Assembly (NCBI RefSeq): GCF_006345805.1
Contig: NW_021829937.1
Span: 1-33,593, forward strand
From: Octopus sinensis
Lineage: Eukaryota
Direction: 5' to 3'
DNA length: 33,593 bases
This document shows, in pieces, positions 23,848-33,593 of this stretch (its first letter is position 1; each line of letters opens with the position of its first letter). The position numbers and the translations under genes are program-made. The notes under the pieces were generated by a model. It worked only from the letters and a program-made list of their open reading frames with translations. It was not told where the DNA came from and did no database searches.

Positions 23848-25675
23848 CAGTGGTTCTCAACGGTGGGCGATTCGCTTCCTAGGGGCGATTTTTTTTGGTA
23901 GGGGGGCGATGGCTGATTGCTATTATTTGAAAAATTAAAATCTTATGTTAGAAGTCGATAATCTTTGAAAAAATAAAGATATATAATCGAGTCTAATAAC
24001 ATGATATTTTTATTATATTTTATTTAAATTTCTAAGCGTGATTTCTAGTTATCTTTATGGGTCGTGTTCAAAAAAAGTCAGAATGTATAAAGATGAATAT
24101 ATTTCTCTCGGATTTATTAAAGATCCTCAAGATCCTGATAAACCACTTTGTCTTCAATGTGGTACAATTTTTTCGAATAAGGCAATGAAACCGTCTCGTT
24201 TGATTGAACATTTAAAGCGAAAACATCATAATTCAATTGGAAAAAAGCCAGACTTTTTTCTAGAATTAAAAAAGAATTTTGAAAATAAAAACACCTTACC
24301 GTCAATCTTTAATAAAAATATATCTCAAAATGTCTCTGGATTATCTTATTCATATAAAGTTGCAGAGACAATCGCAAAAACTGGTTGCATTATTATTTTA
24401 ATTTATAGGTAATGCCCATTCGATTGCAGAAAATGTCATCCGTCCTTGTTTAAATTTATTTATAAACGATATCTTAAAAAAAGATTCTTCAAATATTATG
24501 AAGACTATTCCATTAAGCAACGACAGTATACGAAGAAGAATTGATGAAATTTCTAATGAAATTGAACAATCTTTAATTTTATTTCTCAGAGAACGCAAGT
24601 CTTCAGTCCAACTTGACGAATCAGTTGTCGTTGATAATCAGTCAATTTTGATGGCATATGTAAGGTATTACTTTTTATAAATACTTTTTATAAAGATATT
24701 TCGATGATGATTTTATTTTGCAAGAAGAGTTATTATTTGCAAAATCTTTAGTCACGGATAATACAGGATTGTCAATATTCAAAATGTTTGAATCTTATTT
24801 ATTCTTAAATGATATTCCATTTGAACATATTTTATCGTGCGCAACTGATGGCGCAATGGCTATGGTTGGAAAATATCGTCGTTTTTTTTAGCTTTTCTAA
24901 AACAAAAATCTCCAATGTCCCCTTCAATTCATTGTATTTTACATCGGCATCATTTAATTGCAAAAAAGGAGATTATGTTAATTTAATTAATTGCAAACGA
25001 ATTATAAATACATTCATTGAAAAAATTCAATTTTACAAATTTAATTTAAGTAATAGAAAATTTGGAAATTTCGATTTTTATGACCACACTTTTGATGACA
25101 ACGATCTGAAAATTTATGAATTTCATTTAGAATCTTTGGAACAAGATTTGAAAAAAGATTTGAAGATTTAATTAATTTAAACTTTTCTGATTGGATGATT
25201 AATCCTTGGTTGCCCATTCATTATGATTCTGATGATGAATGTCAAGAAGAAATAATAGAACTAAAAAACGACGAAGAACTGAAAATAAAATTTAAAAATG
25301 AAAACCTGACACAATTCTGGAGAGAAAAATCTATAAAAATGAAATTCCCGAAATTATGGGAAAAAATGATGCCAATAATAATAGGTTTTCCTACGTCATA
25401 CTGCGTAGAGAGAGGATTCAGCACTCTGAATAGTATGATCGGAAAAAAAAGAAACAAACTAAATATAGAAGAAAGAGGCAACATTAGAATTACACTTACG
25501 AAAAGAAGTACAAATTTTGAAAAACTTGTCAATCTTCATCAACCACAAGGATCTCATTAAAACTCTTATTTTTTAAATAAAAATTTTTACTAATGAAATA
25601 AGGGGGCGATATAAAAATTGGAGGGGCGAAAAAAATTCCAAGGGGGCGATACAAAAAAAAGGTTGAGAACCACTG
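23848..25675 (+). mobile_element. Buster-type hAT DNA transposon with internally deleted transposase
   Basis: 14-bp TIRs CAGTGGTTCTCAAC / GTTGAGAACCACTG; subterminal GGGGCGAT repeats. BED finger PLCLQC..MKPSRLIEHLKRKH, PLSNDSIRRRI, QLDES, CATDGA, HCILHR, FPTSYCVERGFS. Introns 24384-24408 and 24665-24695; the region after HCILHRHHLIAKK is missing (~24967). Confidence 0.95.
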
Positions 25676-25999
25676 ATTTAAAATGTAACAGGAAGGGTAT
25701 TTTCCCGTGGAAAGAAAACAAACATATGAAAAATCTGATTTAATTTGTTTTGATGTATAAAAACGATGTATTTCATTGTACAGAAAATTTATTTTATTTT
25801 TCATGTAATTTTTTTCAATTTAATAAATTTTTGTAATTTTATTTCCCTATTTTTATAAGTTGAATTTGGGGAGTTCTTTGCAGATTTTCCGGCAAAACTC
25901 CTAAGACACAGCCAATAGCGATAGACAGCTTTTCTCATCTTTTTTAAAATCGAAAATTTCTTCAGAAATTTTTAATGTCGTCAGAAATCAATTTAGTTA

Positions 26000-26390
26000 C
26001 ACTCAGAACGTTAATGTTTGATACAAAAGTTCTTTTTAAAGAGTTGGTTTTTGTACAAGCAAATGTTGCTCCTGAGTGTGTTTTAACCAACACGTCTTCT
26101 TTGAATAAATTTACTAATTTCATCTGCATCAAATGAACCATCAGTATAGTCAATAATTCCAGTCAGCACTGTGTCCTCATTTTTTATTGAACAAACAAAT
26201 TGTTAAATACGTCCAAGTTAAAGCCAGATTTATCAAAGAAAACAATTTTCTAATTCTTTCTAAGCATCATATCAGATGCATATACCGCCCTTTTTTTCAT
26301 GATCTCCTTCAAAGGATATTGAGGCTCTTTTTACAATCTCTTTTTAGGCCAGTTTCTCTTGTTGAAACACTCATCTTTGTTTTTGAGATA
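26000..26390 (-). mobile_element. Possible IS630/Tc1-like transposase remnant
   Basis: KIVFFDKSGFNL resembles the first-D motif (IFIDESGFNL); otherwise highly degenerate. Confidence 0.35.
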
Positions 26391-26396
26391 ATAATA

Positions 26397-28086
26397 TGTC
26401 ACATGGGCGACTATGTCGCTATGGGCAGCCAGTCCTTTTACGTGTTTCTATGGAAACTGCAGAAAAGGTATTAAATATTGAATATAGCAATTTATATATG
26501 GAAGAGTGTAGATTAATCAATTATTCTAATTAAAAATTACATTTGAATTATCTTTTAAAAATGGCTTACCCAAAACTATATTAATTTTAACAGCGTGGTT
26601 ACTCACACTTTGTGATGTCTGGGTTTAAGGGTTACGTCAGAAATATTTACGAATACAATCAAATTAAGGAAGCGTTAATCGGGATATTCCCGGAGGATAT
26701 GAATGCTCGAAGCAAACACCGGTTGGCCAAAAAGGCTTCCAATTTTTGTCAAAAATGTCAGAAGAATCGTCAGCAGAAACATCATTTAATTTTGAGTTAG
26801 GGTTAAGGTTAGGGTTCAGATTTTGAATATATTTATGTTGTCACTTGCCAACGTTAGGGTTTAGGTTAAGGTTAGGGTTAGATTTTGAATATTTATGTTG
26901 TCACTTGCCAACGTTAGGGTTTGGGTTAAGGTTAGATTTTGAATATTTATGTTGTCACTTGCCAACGTTAGGGTTGGGTTAAGGTTAAGGTTAGATTTGA
27001 ATATTTATGTTGTCACTTGCCACGTTAGGGTTTGGGTTAAGTTAGATTTTGAATATTTATGTTGTCACTTGCCAACGTTAGGGTTAAGGTTAGATTTTGA
27101 ATATTTATGTTGTCACTTGCCAACGTTAGGGTTAAGGTTAGATTTTGAATATTTATGTTGTCACTTGCCAACGTTAGGGTTTGGGTTAAGGTTAGGGTTA
27201 GATTTGAATATTTATGTTGTCACTTGCCAACGTTAGGGTTTGGGTTAAGGTTAGGGTTAGATTTTGAATATTTATGTTGTCACTGCCAACGTTAGGGTTT
27301 GGGTTAAGGTTAGGTTAGATTTTGAATATTTATGTTGTCACTTGCCAACGTTAGGGTTTGGTTAAGGTTAGATTTTGAATATTTATGTGTCACTTGCCAA
27401 CGTTAGGGTTTGGGTTAAGGTTAGGTTAGATTTGAATATTTATGTTGTCACTTGCCAACGTTAGGGTTTGGGTTAAGGTTAGGTTGTTAGATTTTGCAAT
27501 ATTTATGTGTCATTGCCACGTTAGGGTTTGGGTTAAGGTTAGGTTAGATTTTGAATATTTATGTTGTCACTTGCCAACGTTAGGGTTTGGGTAAGGTTAA
27601 GGTTAGATTTTGAATATTTATGTTGTCACTTGCCAACGTTAGGGTTTTGGGTTACGGTTAAGGTTAGATTTTGAATATTTATGTTGTCACTTGCCAACGT
27701 TAGGGTTTGGGTTAAGGTTAGGGTTAGATTTTGAATATATTTATGTTGTCACTTGCCAACGTTAGGGTTTGGGTTAAGGTTAGAGTTAAAGTTGTTACAA
27801 ACTTTGCAAAAAATTTGATGGAAATTATAATTTGCTAATTGTGCAATTTATATTATCAAAAATAAAAATAATTCACATTATAATTTGCTATGTTGTAAAT
27901 AATTTTACTATTTAAAGCAAGCATGGTTCAAATATAAAACCATTTCCTCAAAATTTAAAGTTCAATCATTAGTTCGAATCGTTTGCCTTTATATTAGTTG
28001 GCCTTTTAGTAAATATTTGCTATGTAGTTGCCATGGAAACACGTCAAGGCCAGGTTGCCCATAGGGGTCTGATAACCCATGTGACA
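26397..28086 (+). mobile_element. Ginger-like non-autonomous element carrying a telomere-like satellite
   Basis: Imperfect ~65-bp TIRs TGTCACATGGG...CTATGGGCA...ACGTGTTTC / GAAACACGT...TGCCCATAG...CCCATGTGACA; 5-bp TSD TAATA (26392-26396, 28087-28091); integrase N-terminal remnant FPEDM..KHRLAKKASNF|CQKCQK. Confidence 0.85.
26796..27790. repeat. ~47-62-bp satellite, ~17 copies: constant core plus variable TTAGGG-like tract
   Basis: Core ATTTTGAATATTTATGTTGTCACTTGCCAACG followed by TTAGGGTTTGGGTTAAGGTTAG(GGTTAG) variants. Confidence 0.97.
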
Positions 28087-28729
28087 TAATAGGTCTTAGA
28101 GAAGGTTTTATGCTTCAAGTCTTTTTCTTTTATTTGATATTTGATTGATATTTTCGATTCAAATTTATATTTTCAGCGTGAGGTTTGAGTAATGTTAAAA
28201 CTAAATTTAGTAAAAGAACTGGTTGATAAAGAATTTTAAAAAATAAACCATAAAAATATTAAAAAATCCATTTTATAGCTAAACTCATCCATTCTGTTTA
28301 GGAATTGTCCATTTAACCCTGATATAGTTTTTTTTCCTTAAAAAATAACGTTTTATAATTTTTTATGTGTATTGGTGTTGTATAAGGTCCTTTGCAATAT
28401 ATGTCAATAATCTCAGCTTGTAAATATCTATTACTACAATATATAAACATGGGATATCCCCTTGAACACAATACTATCTGAAATTTATGGTCCCAGGTTG
28501 ATGATTATTTTTAAGATTGATTTCAGCACATCATGTTTTTTAGTTCGTTTATTTTTAATTAACTTTTGGATTTTAATTTTAAAACGATATTTATTAAGTC
28601 GTTTGTGAGAAAACTGAATTGATATCTTAGAACTACCATATCTTGCTTCCTAATTTATTTCCTTTTATTTAAGTTTAGTTGGTCAGTAAAAAGCCAAAAA
28701 TAAAAAATTAAATCTATTTGAAAATAAAG

Positions 28730-29208
28730 TCAACTCCAAAACATGGAAGCAATTCGATTGACAATGGAAGAAAAAGACGAGACTTGATTAGGATTCCACA
28801 AATTGGATTTATTGAGAAAGGACTGCCAGCCTCCTCTGGACTGAATGAGTGAAGTGTATTCAACATGGCCGTCAATGTGCTCAGAAAAGGCAGTGACGAT
28901 CCTCTCCACGGCGTCAGGCCAGAGATATGAGATGGACCGACAGAACAACATGAACATCATCAAACGGCCACACACGCCAGAATTGGAACCATTCTCCACA
29001 TTTGCAAGGATCATTTCGATTTTGATTTGATGGGAATGTCGATGGAGGACACTCCTCGATTGACAATTGTTAGATAGTCCTGTCGCTCGGATATGAGCTC
29101 GTCAATCGATTTATCAGGGTTGGAGGTGAATTCGGAGTGGATTGCTTCACAGTTCTCATTTGATTGAGCAATTGTTTGGAATAATTCGAAAGTGGATATA
29201 ACAACCAT
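28730..29208 (-). CDS. Divergent Bcl-2-family protein (one apparent 1-nt deletion near 29020)
   Basis: BH1-like VCGRLMMFMLF, BH2-like LIQSRGGWQSFL with plausible spacing, BH3-like SIDELISERQDYL. ORFs 29011-29208 and 28730-29014 join if the A4 run gains one base. Confidence 0.7.
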
Positions 29209-29398
29209 TCACAACAACACAAAAACAATTCTAATCAATATTATGTACTATTAATTTTGAAAATTAATATAATAATTATTATTAAAAATAAATTAATTAA
29301 AATATATTATGTACAATATAAAATTTAATTTTAAAATAATTATAAATCTATAGAATTTTTGATCAATATTAGATTTCTGTCAAACAATATTAGAATCA

Positions 29399-29476
29399 TG
29401 AGGCCAGTAATTAGCTTAGCTATCTTTTCACTTCCTTATTGTTTTGGTAAATTAATTTATTGTGCTCCAAAAAAAA
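29399..29476 (+). mobile_element. 78-bp extreme 3' stub of a CRE-clade element with poly(A) and 13-bp TSD
   Basis: GCCAGTAATTAGCTTA..TATCTTTTCAC.TCCTTAT matches 17171-17207; TSD AATATTAGAATCA at 29386-29398 and 29477-29489. Confidence 0.85.
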
Positions 29477-29549
29477 AATATTAGAATCACGTTAATCAAT
29501 AATATAATTTTAATTTAAGTGGTTGGTCAATTAATTCTGAATTTGCTTC

Positions 29550-30780
29550 TTATAAACACACAAATTAGAAAATCAAATCTAATTGGAAGACTTAAATTTG
29601 ATGTTCTGTTTTTTGATCAAAAAACTGGAATATGTTTTACAAATTCTAATTCTAAAAAATCAGAAATATTATTTCGGTTTTAGTTTAGTTTTCGATAGAG
29701 AGCCTTTCAGTATGTCTTAAAATTGTTTATATAAATTCAGCTGTTTTTATGATTAAGTAGTGCTTGGATTATTTACTCTAAATCTTTGTCGCACTACTCA
29801 ATGATTATATTCTCCTCCTGTTTCATTTTATTAAATCACAAAACAAATAGCTGAACTATCTTCATTAGAAACACAGTTATTCCTTTTTAGTGTACGGCCG
29901 ATAAACAACACCCCAAACTGATTATACCGCTCTATAATATCTTGCTTTTCAAATACATCAAGTTCACAAATTTTTTGAGATATAGATATCTTTATGCATC
30001 ATTACAATAATCCAAAAAATATCTGGGGTTTATTTATTGTAGAGAAAAGTAAAATTAGTGAATTTTTGAATGTTAGTTATTTGATGATTTAAAAAGGACG
30101 AATAGTACAAAATTCTAAAATCATAAAAATGTTTTACTAGTAGTGTTATTGGAATCACGTTTGGTATAATCTGGATTGAATTAAAACATTATTTCCTTAC
30201 TTTTAGCAAAAAAAGTTATCATTTAATTCAAGACCTTTGATACTCGATTGTAGTCTTTTTATTAATTCACTCTCGGTTTTATTTTTTATTAATTCACAGA
30301 TACGAACATCTAACTAAACTAAAATGAAATATAAATCTATTTTACGTCTGTGTTTATGTTTTCTTTAAAATTCAGATTAAAACTAATTTACCTTCTAGAA
30401 TTTGTTTGCAAATTTCAATTTCTCTGAAATTATAATTTTATTATATCTATTATTTTCAGTTGTTGTATTCCCATCATCTGCAAAAATGAAAAAAAGTGAA
30501 ATACTTTTATCTACTCCTGAAGTAATATTCATACTATAATCAAATTAAATATTATTTACATTTTCGTTACATTGCTCTTTGTCATAAATGTCACTGTGAG
30601 CAAAATGGTCAGGAAAATCTTTTCTTTAAAGGAATCGTTATTTGTTTTATACTCTTATATTTTACTTTAATTTTGTACTATATTTCTAATTGCTGGTTAA
30701 AATAAATCAATAAATATTTCTATTCTATTTTAAATGCAAACTTTTGTTCAAAATACAAATATTTATGTACTAAATTGGTG
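29550..30780 (-). other. Possible micro-intron-rich gene or pseudogene of unknown product
   Basis: Several GT...AG segments of 23-30 nt on the minus strand (e.g. gtaaataatatttaatttgattatag, gtatttcactttttttcatttttgcag); no continuous frame or homology established. Confidence 0.3.
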
Positions 30781-30799
30781 AAATAATTGATAAACGATT

Positions 30800-32878
30800 T
30801 TTAGTTTGACAAACCCCTTACAACGAGAAAAATTCACTCACCTCACCCGATATTACTATTTGCTCACCACGACTGGCACATCTTGTTCATTAGTCCGTTA
30901 ATTTTGATTTGGGAGCGATCACAACCTATTCTTATCAAAATCAATTGCACCCCATCGACCCGGTCAAAGCATGCAATATTTCACGATTACGCTAATGCCG
31001 ACTGAACAGGATATAAAAAATATGTTGATTCATCCCTATGGAACTTTCATCCTCAGAATTTCAACTCCCTCGACACGGCAGTCAACTGCTTTAACAAAGT
31101 TATTCTAAAGGGGAGAGATCTATTTGTAAGAAAGGAGTCCTGAAACTCACGAAAAGAAAATACGACGCTAAAACAGTCAAACTAATAAAAGAAATCGCCT
31201 CAAACACAGTACACATCTGACGAAATTTACAACGAGAAGGATTCGGGTATTGAACATGGAGATCGCAGAAAGTGCGAGACGAGTGCAAAAAAGAAAATTG
31301 GACCGAGGGATGAACAAAAAATGCTCACTCTCGAAAATGTGGAGATGCTGCGTAACATTAAAAACGCCGACAGTACAAACGAAGATAAGTCACAAGGCTT
31401 ATAAAAAATCGGAATCCTCTTCAATTATTAAGGGCAAACCGAAAAGGGAGCCTCCATAATCGTACTTCCTACTCAAGAGTCGCTTTAGAAATTCCCGACT
31501 AAAGAATACACGCTCCTGCGGACCAGACGGAATCCCAGCGATCATGCTCAAAAAATTGGGCGATGCAGCTATCTCTGCACTTACGAGTATTTACAACTAC
31601 TCGTGCAACTTCAATTTCATTCCAACATTATGGAAACTGTCGTGCATTCACCCAATCCTGAAGCCTGGAAAACCGAAGGAGCAACCTGGATCATACAGGC
31701 CACTGTCCCTTTTATGCGTCCAGGCACGAATTCTAGAGAGAATGGTGATGACTTTGATTCGCCCCCTTCTCCCAGAAGTCAGTTTCCAACATGGATACAA
31801 AGAGGGGCGTTCAACTGTCACACACCTAAATGCTTTAATGAAGTTTATATCAGACGGTCTAAACAAGAAACCTAAACAGGAAAAATCCATTGTCTGCTCG
31901 ATCGGCATAAAGAAGGCTTTCGATTCGGTCCCAAGGAAAATACTCACACAAAAGATCTATTCCTCAAATATTGATACGAATCTAAAACTATGGCTTAAGA
32001 ATTTCCTGAGCGGCCGTCGGGGAAGGGCTTGCTGTGAAAACAGATCTTCCATATTGAGACTATTACCAAATGGGGTCCCTCAGAGTTCTCCACTATCTCC
32101 ACTTTTATTCAATCTCATGATGAACGACATACCACAGCCAGAAGGGGACAACGATCTGTTATTACTATATGCAGACGATATTATCGTCGCATCAAAGGAT
32201 GTGAGCATAATAAAAGCAACGGATAGAATACAGGATAACCTCAACAATCTGAGTTCATGGCTATATAAAAACGAACTGGAGGCAAGTCCGGAAAAATCTA
32301 TTTTGACTCTGTTTACGAAAAACAGAAGGCTTGGGAAAGTCTCAATTGAAGCGAAGTTAGACGAAGAAATTATACCGCAGAGCAAAACCCAGAAGATTTT
32401 TGGTGTTACATTCGACACCTTTCTAACCTTTTCAACCCACGTCGAAAATGTAGTTATGGCGGGTGCAAGAAAGGTTAACTTTCTGAATGCCTTCCTGAAG
32501 AACGCAGGAGAATGCAAAGGCCTATATGGCCTAAACAACATATATAATCAATACTTGGAACCTACGATCGGCTATGCGTGCGGTATCTGATGAACAAACT
32601 TAAGTGCAAACAATCAATCAAAAATCGACAAAATTCGGTTGAAAGCGGCAAACCTGCTAAATACTTTCTCCGATAAAGAGATTATCCCAAAAGCCTGGAA
32701 CAACAGAGAGGTTCGTCCTGAAAATCCCCGTCCGTACCGAAAATGCGTCGGGACAACGGCGGAACATCGGGAGAGGCTGCGCGAACTGCTGAGGGAGGCT
32801 GGGATCACCTGAATTCTTCTCTCTTTTGGCTATGACGGTGGTTTTCTGGTTCAATAAATAAATAAATCCTATAAAAAA
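30800..32878 (+). mobile_element. 5'-truncated, degenerate I/Jockey-like LINE (APE C-terminus + RT)
   Basis: SPDITICS...LG-SDH (APE), GPDGIP, KPGKP...SYRPLSLL, KKAFDSV, GVPQSSPLSPLLFN, YADD, KIFGVTFD. Stops and substitutions at conserved sites; (AATA)n tail. Confidence 0.92.
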
Positions 32879-33593
32879 GCATGGAAATGACTTGATCTCC
32901 GTGAGTTGACATCAAATGGCTTTTGTTCTTTGATCCACGTTTTTTGAAGCTCACAATAAACTGGATCGGCAGTTAAGTGTATATTCTCGAATATTACAAG
33001 AAAGTCGAGAAACCAGAAAGTATTTGCCAACTTATACCTGCCAGCGTGATTTCGTAGAAAAGATGGTGCTACAAAATAATATTAAAAATATTACAAACAT
33101 CCAGTTTAAAATATGAAAGAAATGTCAACATAATTCCTTAAACCCGTAGGTTTACCGGAGATTTGACACCGGCACAGTGCATACACCACTGCATACCCCT
33201 TTCCTGCGCTATTGAGACTTTCTCCACGAGAGACCGGCGTTAAATTTACATTTTTGGTAAATACTTCGAGTCACCGGGTTGGATAACCCACCATCGAAAA
33301 AACTACCAAAAAAACATAAATATAATCTAAAAATCATCAGAAAATATAATTAACTTTAATTTTTTTCTTTTTTATTATTTTTTATATTTCTGCCTGTTGC
33401 ATAAATCACACATTCATTCATTTGTGCTTTACATTTTTAAAATAAATAAAATTTTATTATATTTTAATGGAGTCAATAAAAAATAAGAATTAATTCATTT
33501 AAAAAAATCAAATTTTTAATCAATTTTTTTTAATCTACTTAAATGCACGTTTGATACTGTTTCTCCATTATCTTTATTAATAGTACACGTAGT
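32618..33593. repeat. Terminal direct repeat, copy 2 (matches 1-980)
   Basis: Same LINE 3' end, flank and Ginger left end as 1-980. Confidence 0.97.

Noticed and set aside
26796-27790. CRISPR array (constant ~32-bp repeat plus variable spacers)
   Set aside because: The spacers are all variants of one TTAGGG-like tract, there are no cas genes, the context is eukaryotic, and the array lies within transposon TIRs.
26796-27790. True telomere
   Set aside because: Internal location, interrupted by a non-telomeric core, and never a long pure TTAGGG run.
29011-29025. Euplotes-type programmed frameshift at AAA-TGA in the Bcl-2-like gene
   Set aside because: Metazoan context with the standard code; a one-base homopolymer under-call explains it, and similar errors occur elsewhere in the window.
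31544-32590. Prokaryotic RT system (retron, DGR, group II intron) or an active LINE
   Set aside because: Motifs, upstream APE remnant and tail identify a eukaryotic LINE; conserved residues are mutated and the frame is broken.
30880-32595. TGA-to-Trp recoding (TGA at conserved Trp positions of the LINE)
   Set aside because: Another conserved Trp appears as TAG, other Trp codons are TGG, and host genes (XPO6, Bcl-2-like) end in TGA, so this is simple decay.

Overview
AT-rich eukaryotic (metazoan) nuclear DNA with very short spliceosomal introns (mostly 21-35 nt). This signature, together with a Bcl-2-like gene and a C-type lectin, suggests a reduced parasitic animal such as a dicyemid (inference). 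Host genes rebuilt by hand across the micro-introns: LETM1, exportin-6, a secreted double C-type lectin, pelota, mitochondrial ribosomal protein L11, a divergent Bcl-2-family gene, and an unknown signal-peptide/GPI-tail gene split by a Helitron. Much of the rest is decayed mobile DNA: two Ginger-like TGT...ACA elements with 5-bp TSDs, a Buster-type hAT, a Helitron, at least six CRE-clade retroelement fragments, R4/NeSL-like and RTE-like remnants, and I/Jockey-like LINEs. Two satellite arrays lie inside transposons, one with TTAGGG-like spacers. The first ~980 nt recur at the very end (32618-33593), so the window may be a ~32.6-kb gene-bearing circle or one unit of a tandem duplication. Several single-base deletions in homopolymers point to long-read consensus error. 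All homology calls come from recalled motifs, not database searches.
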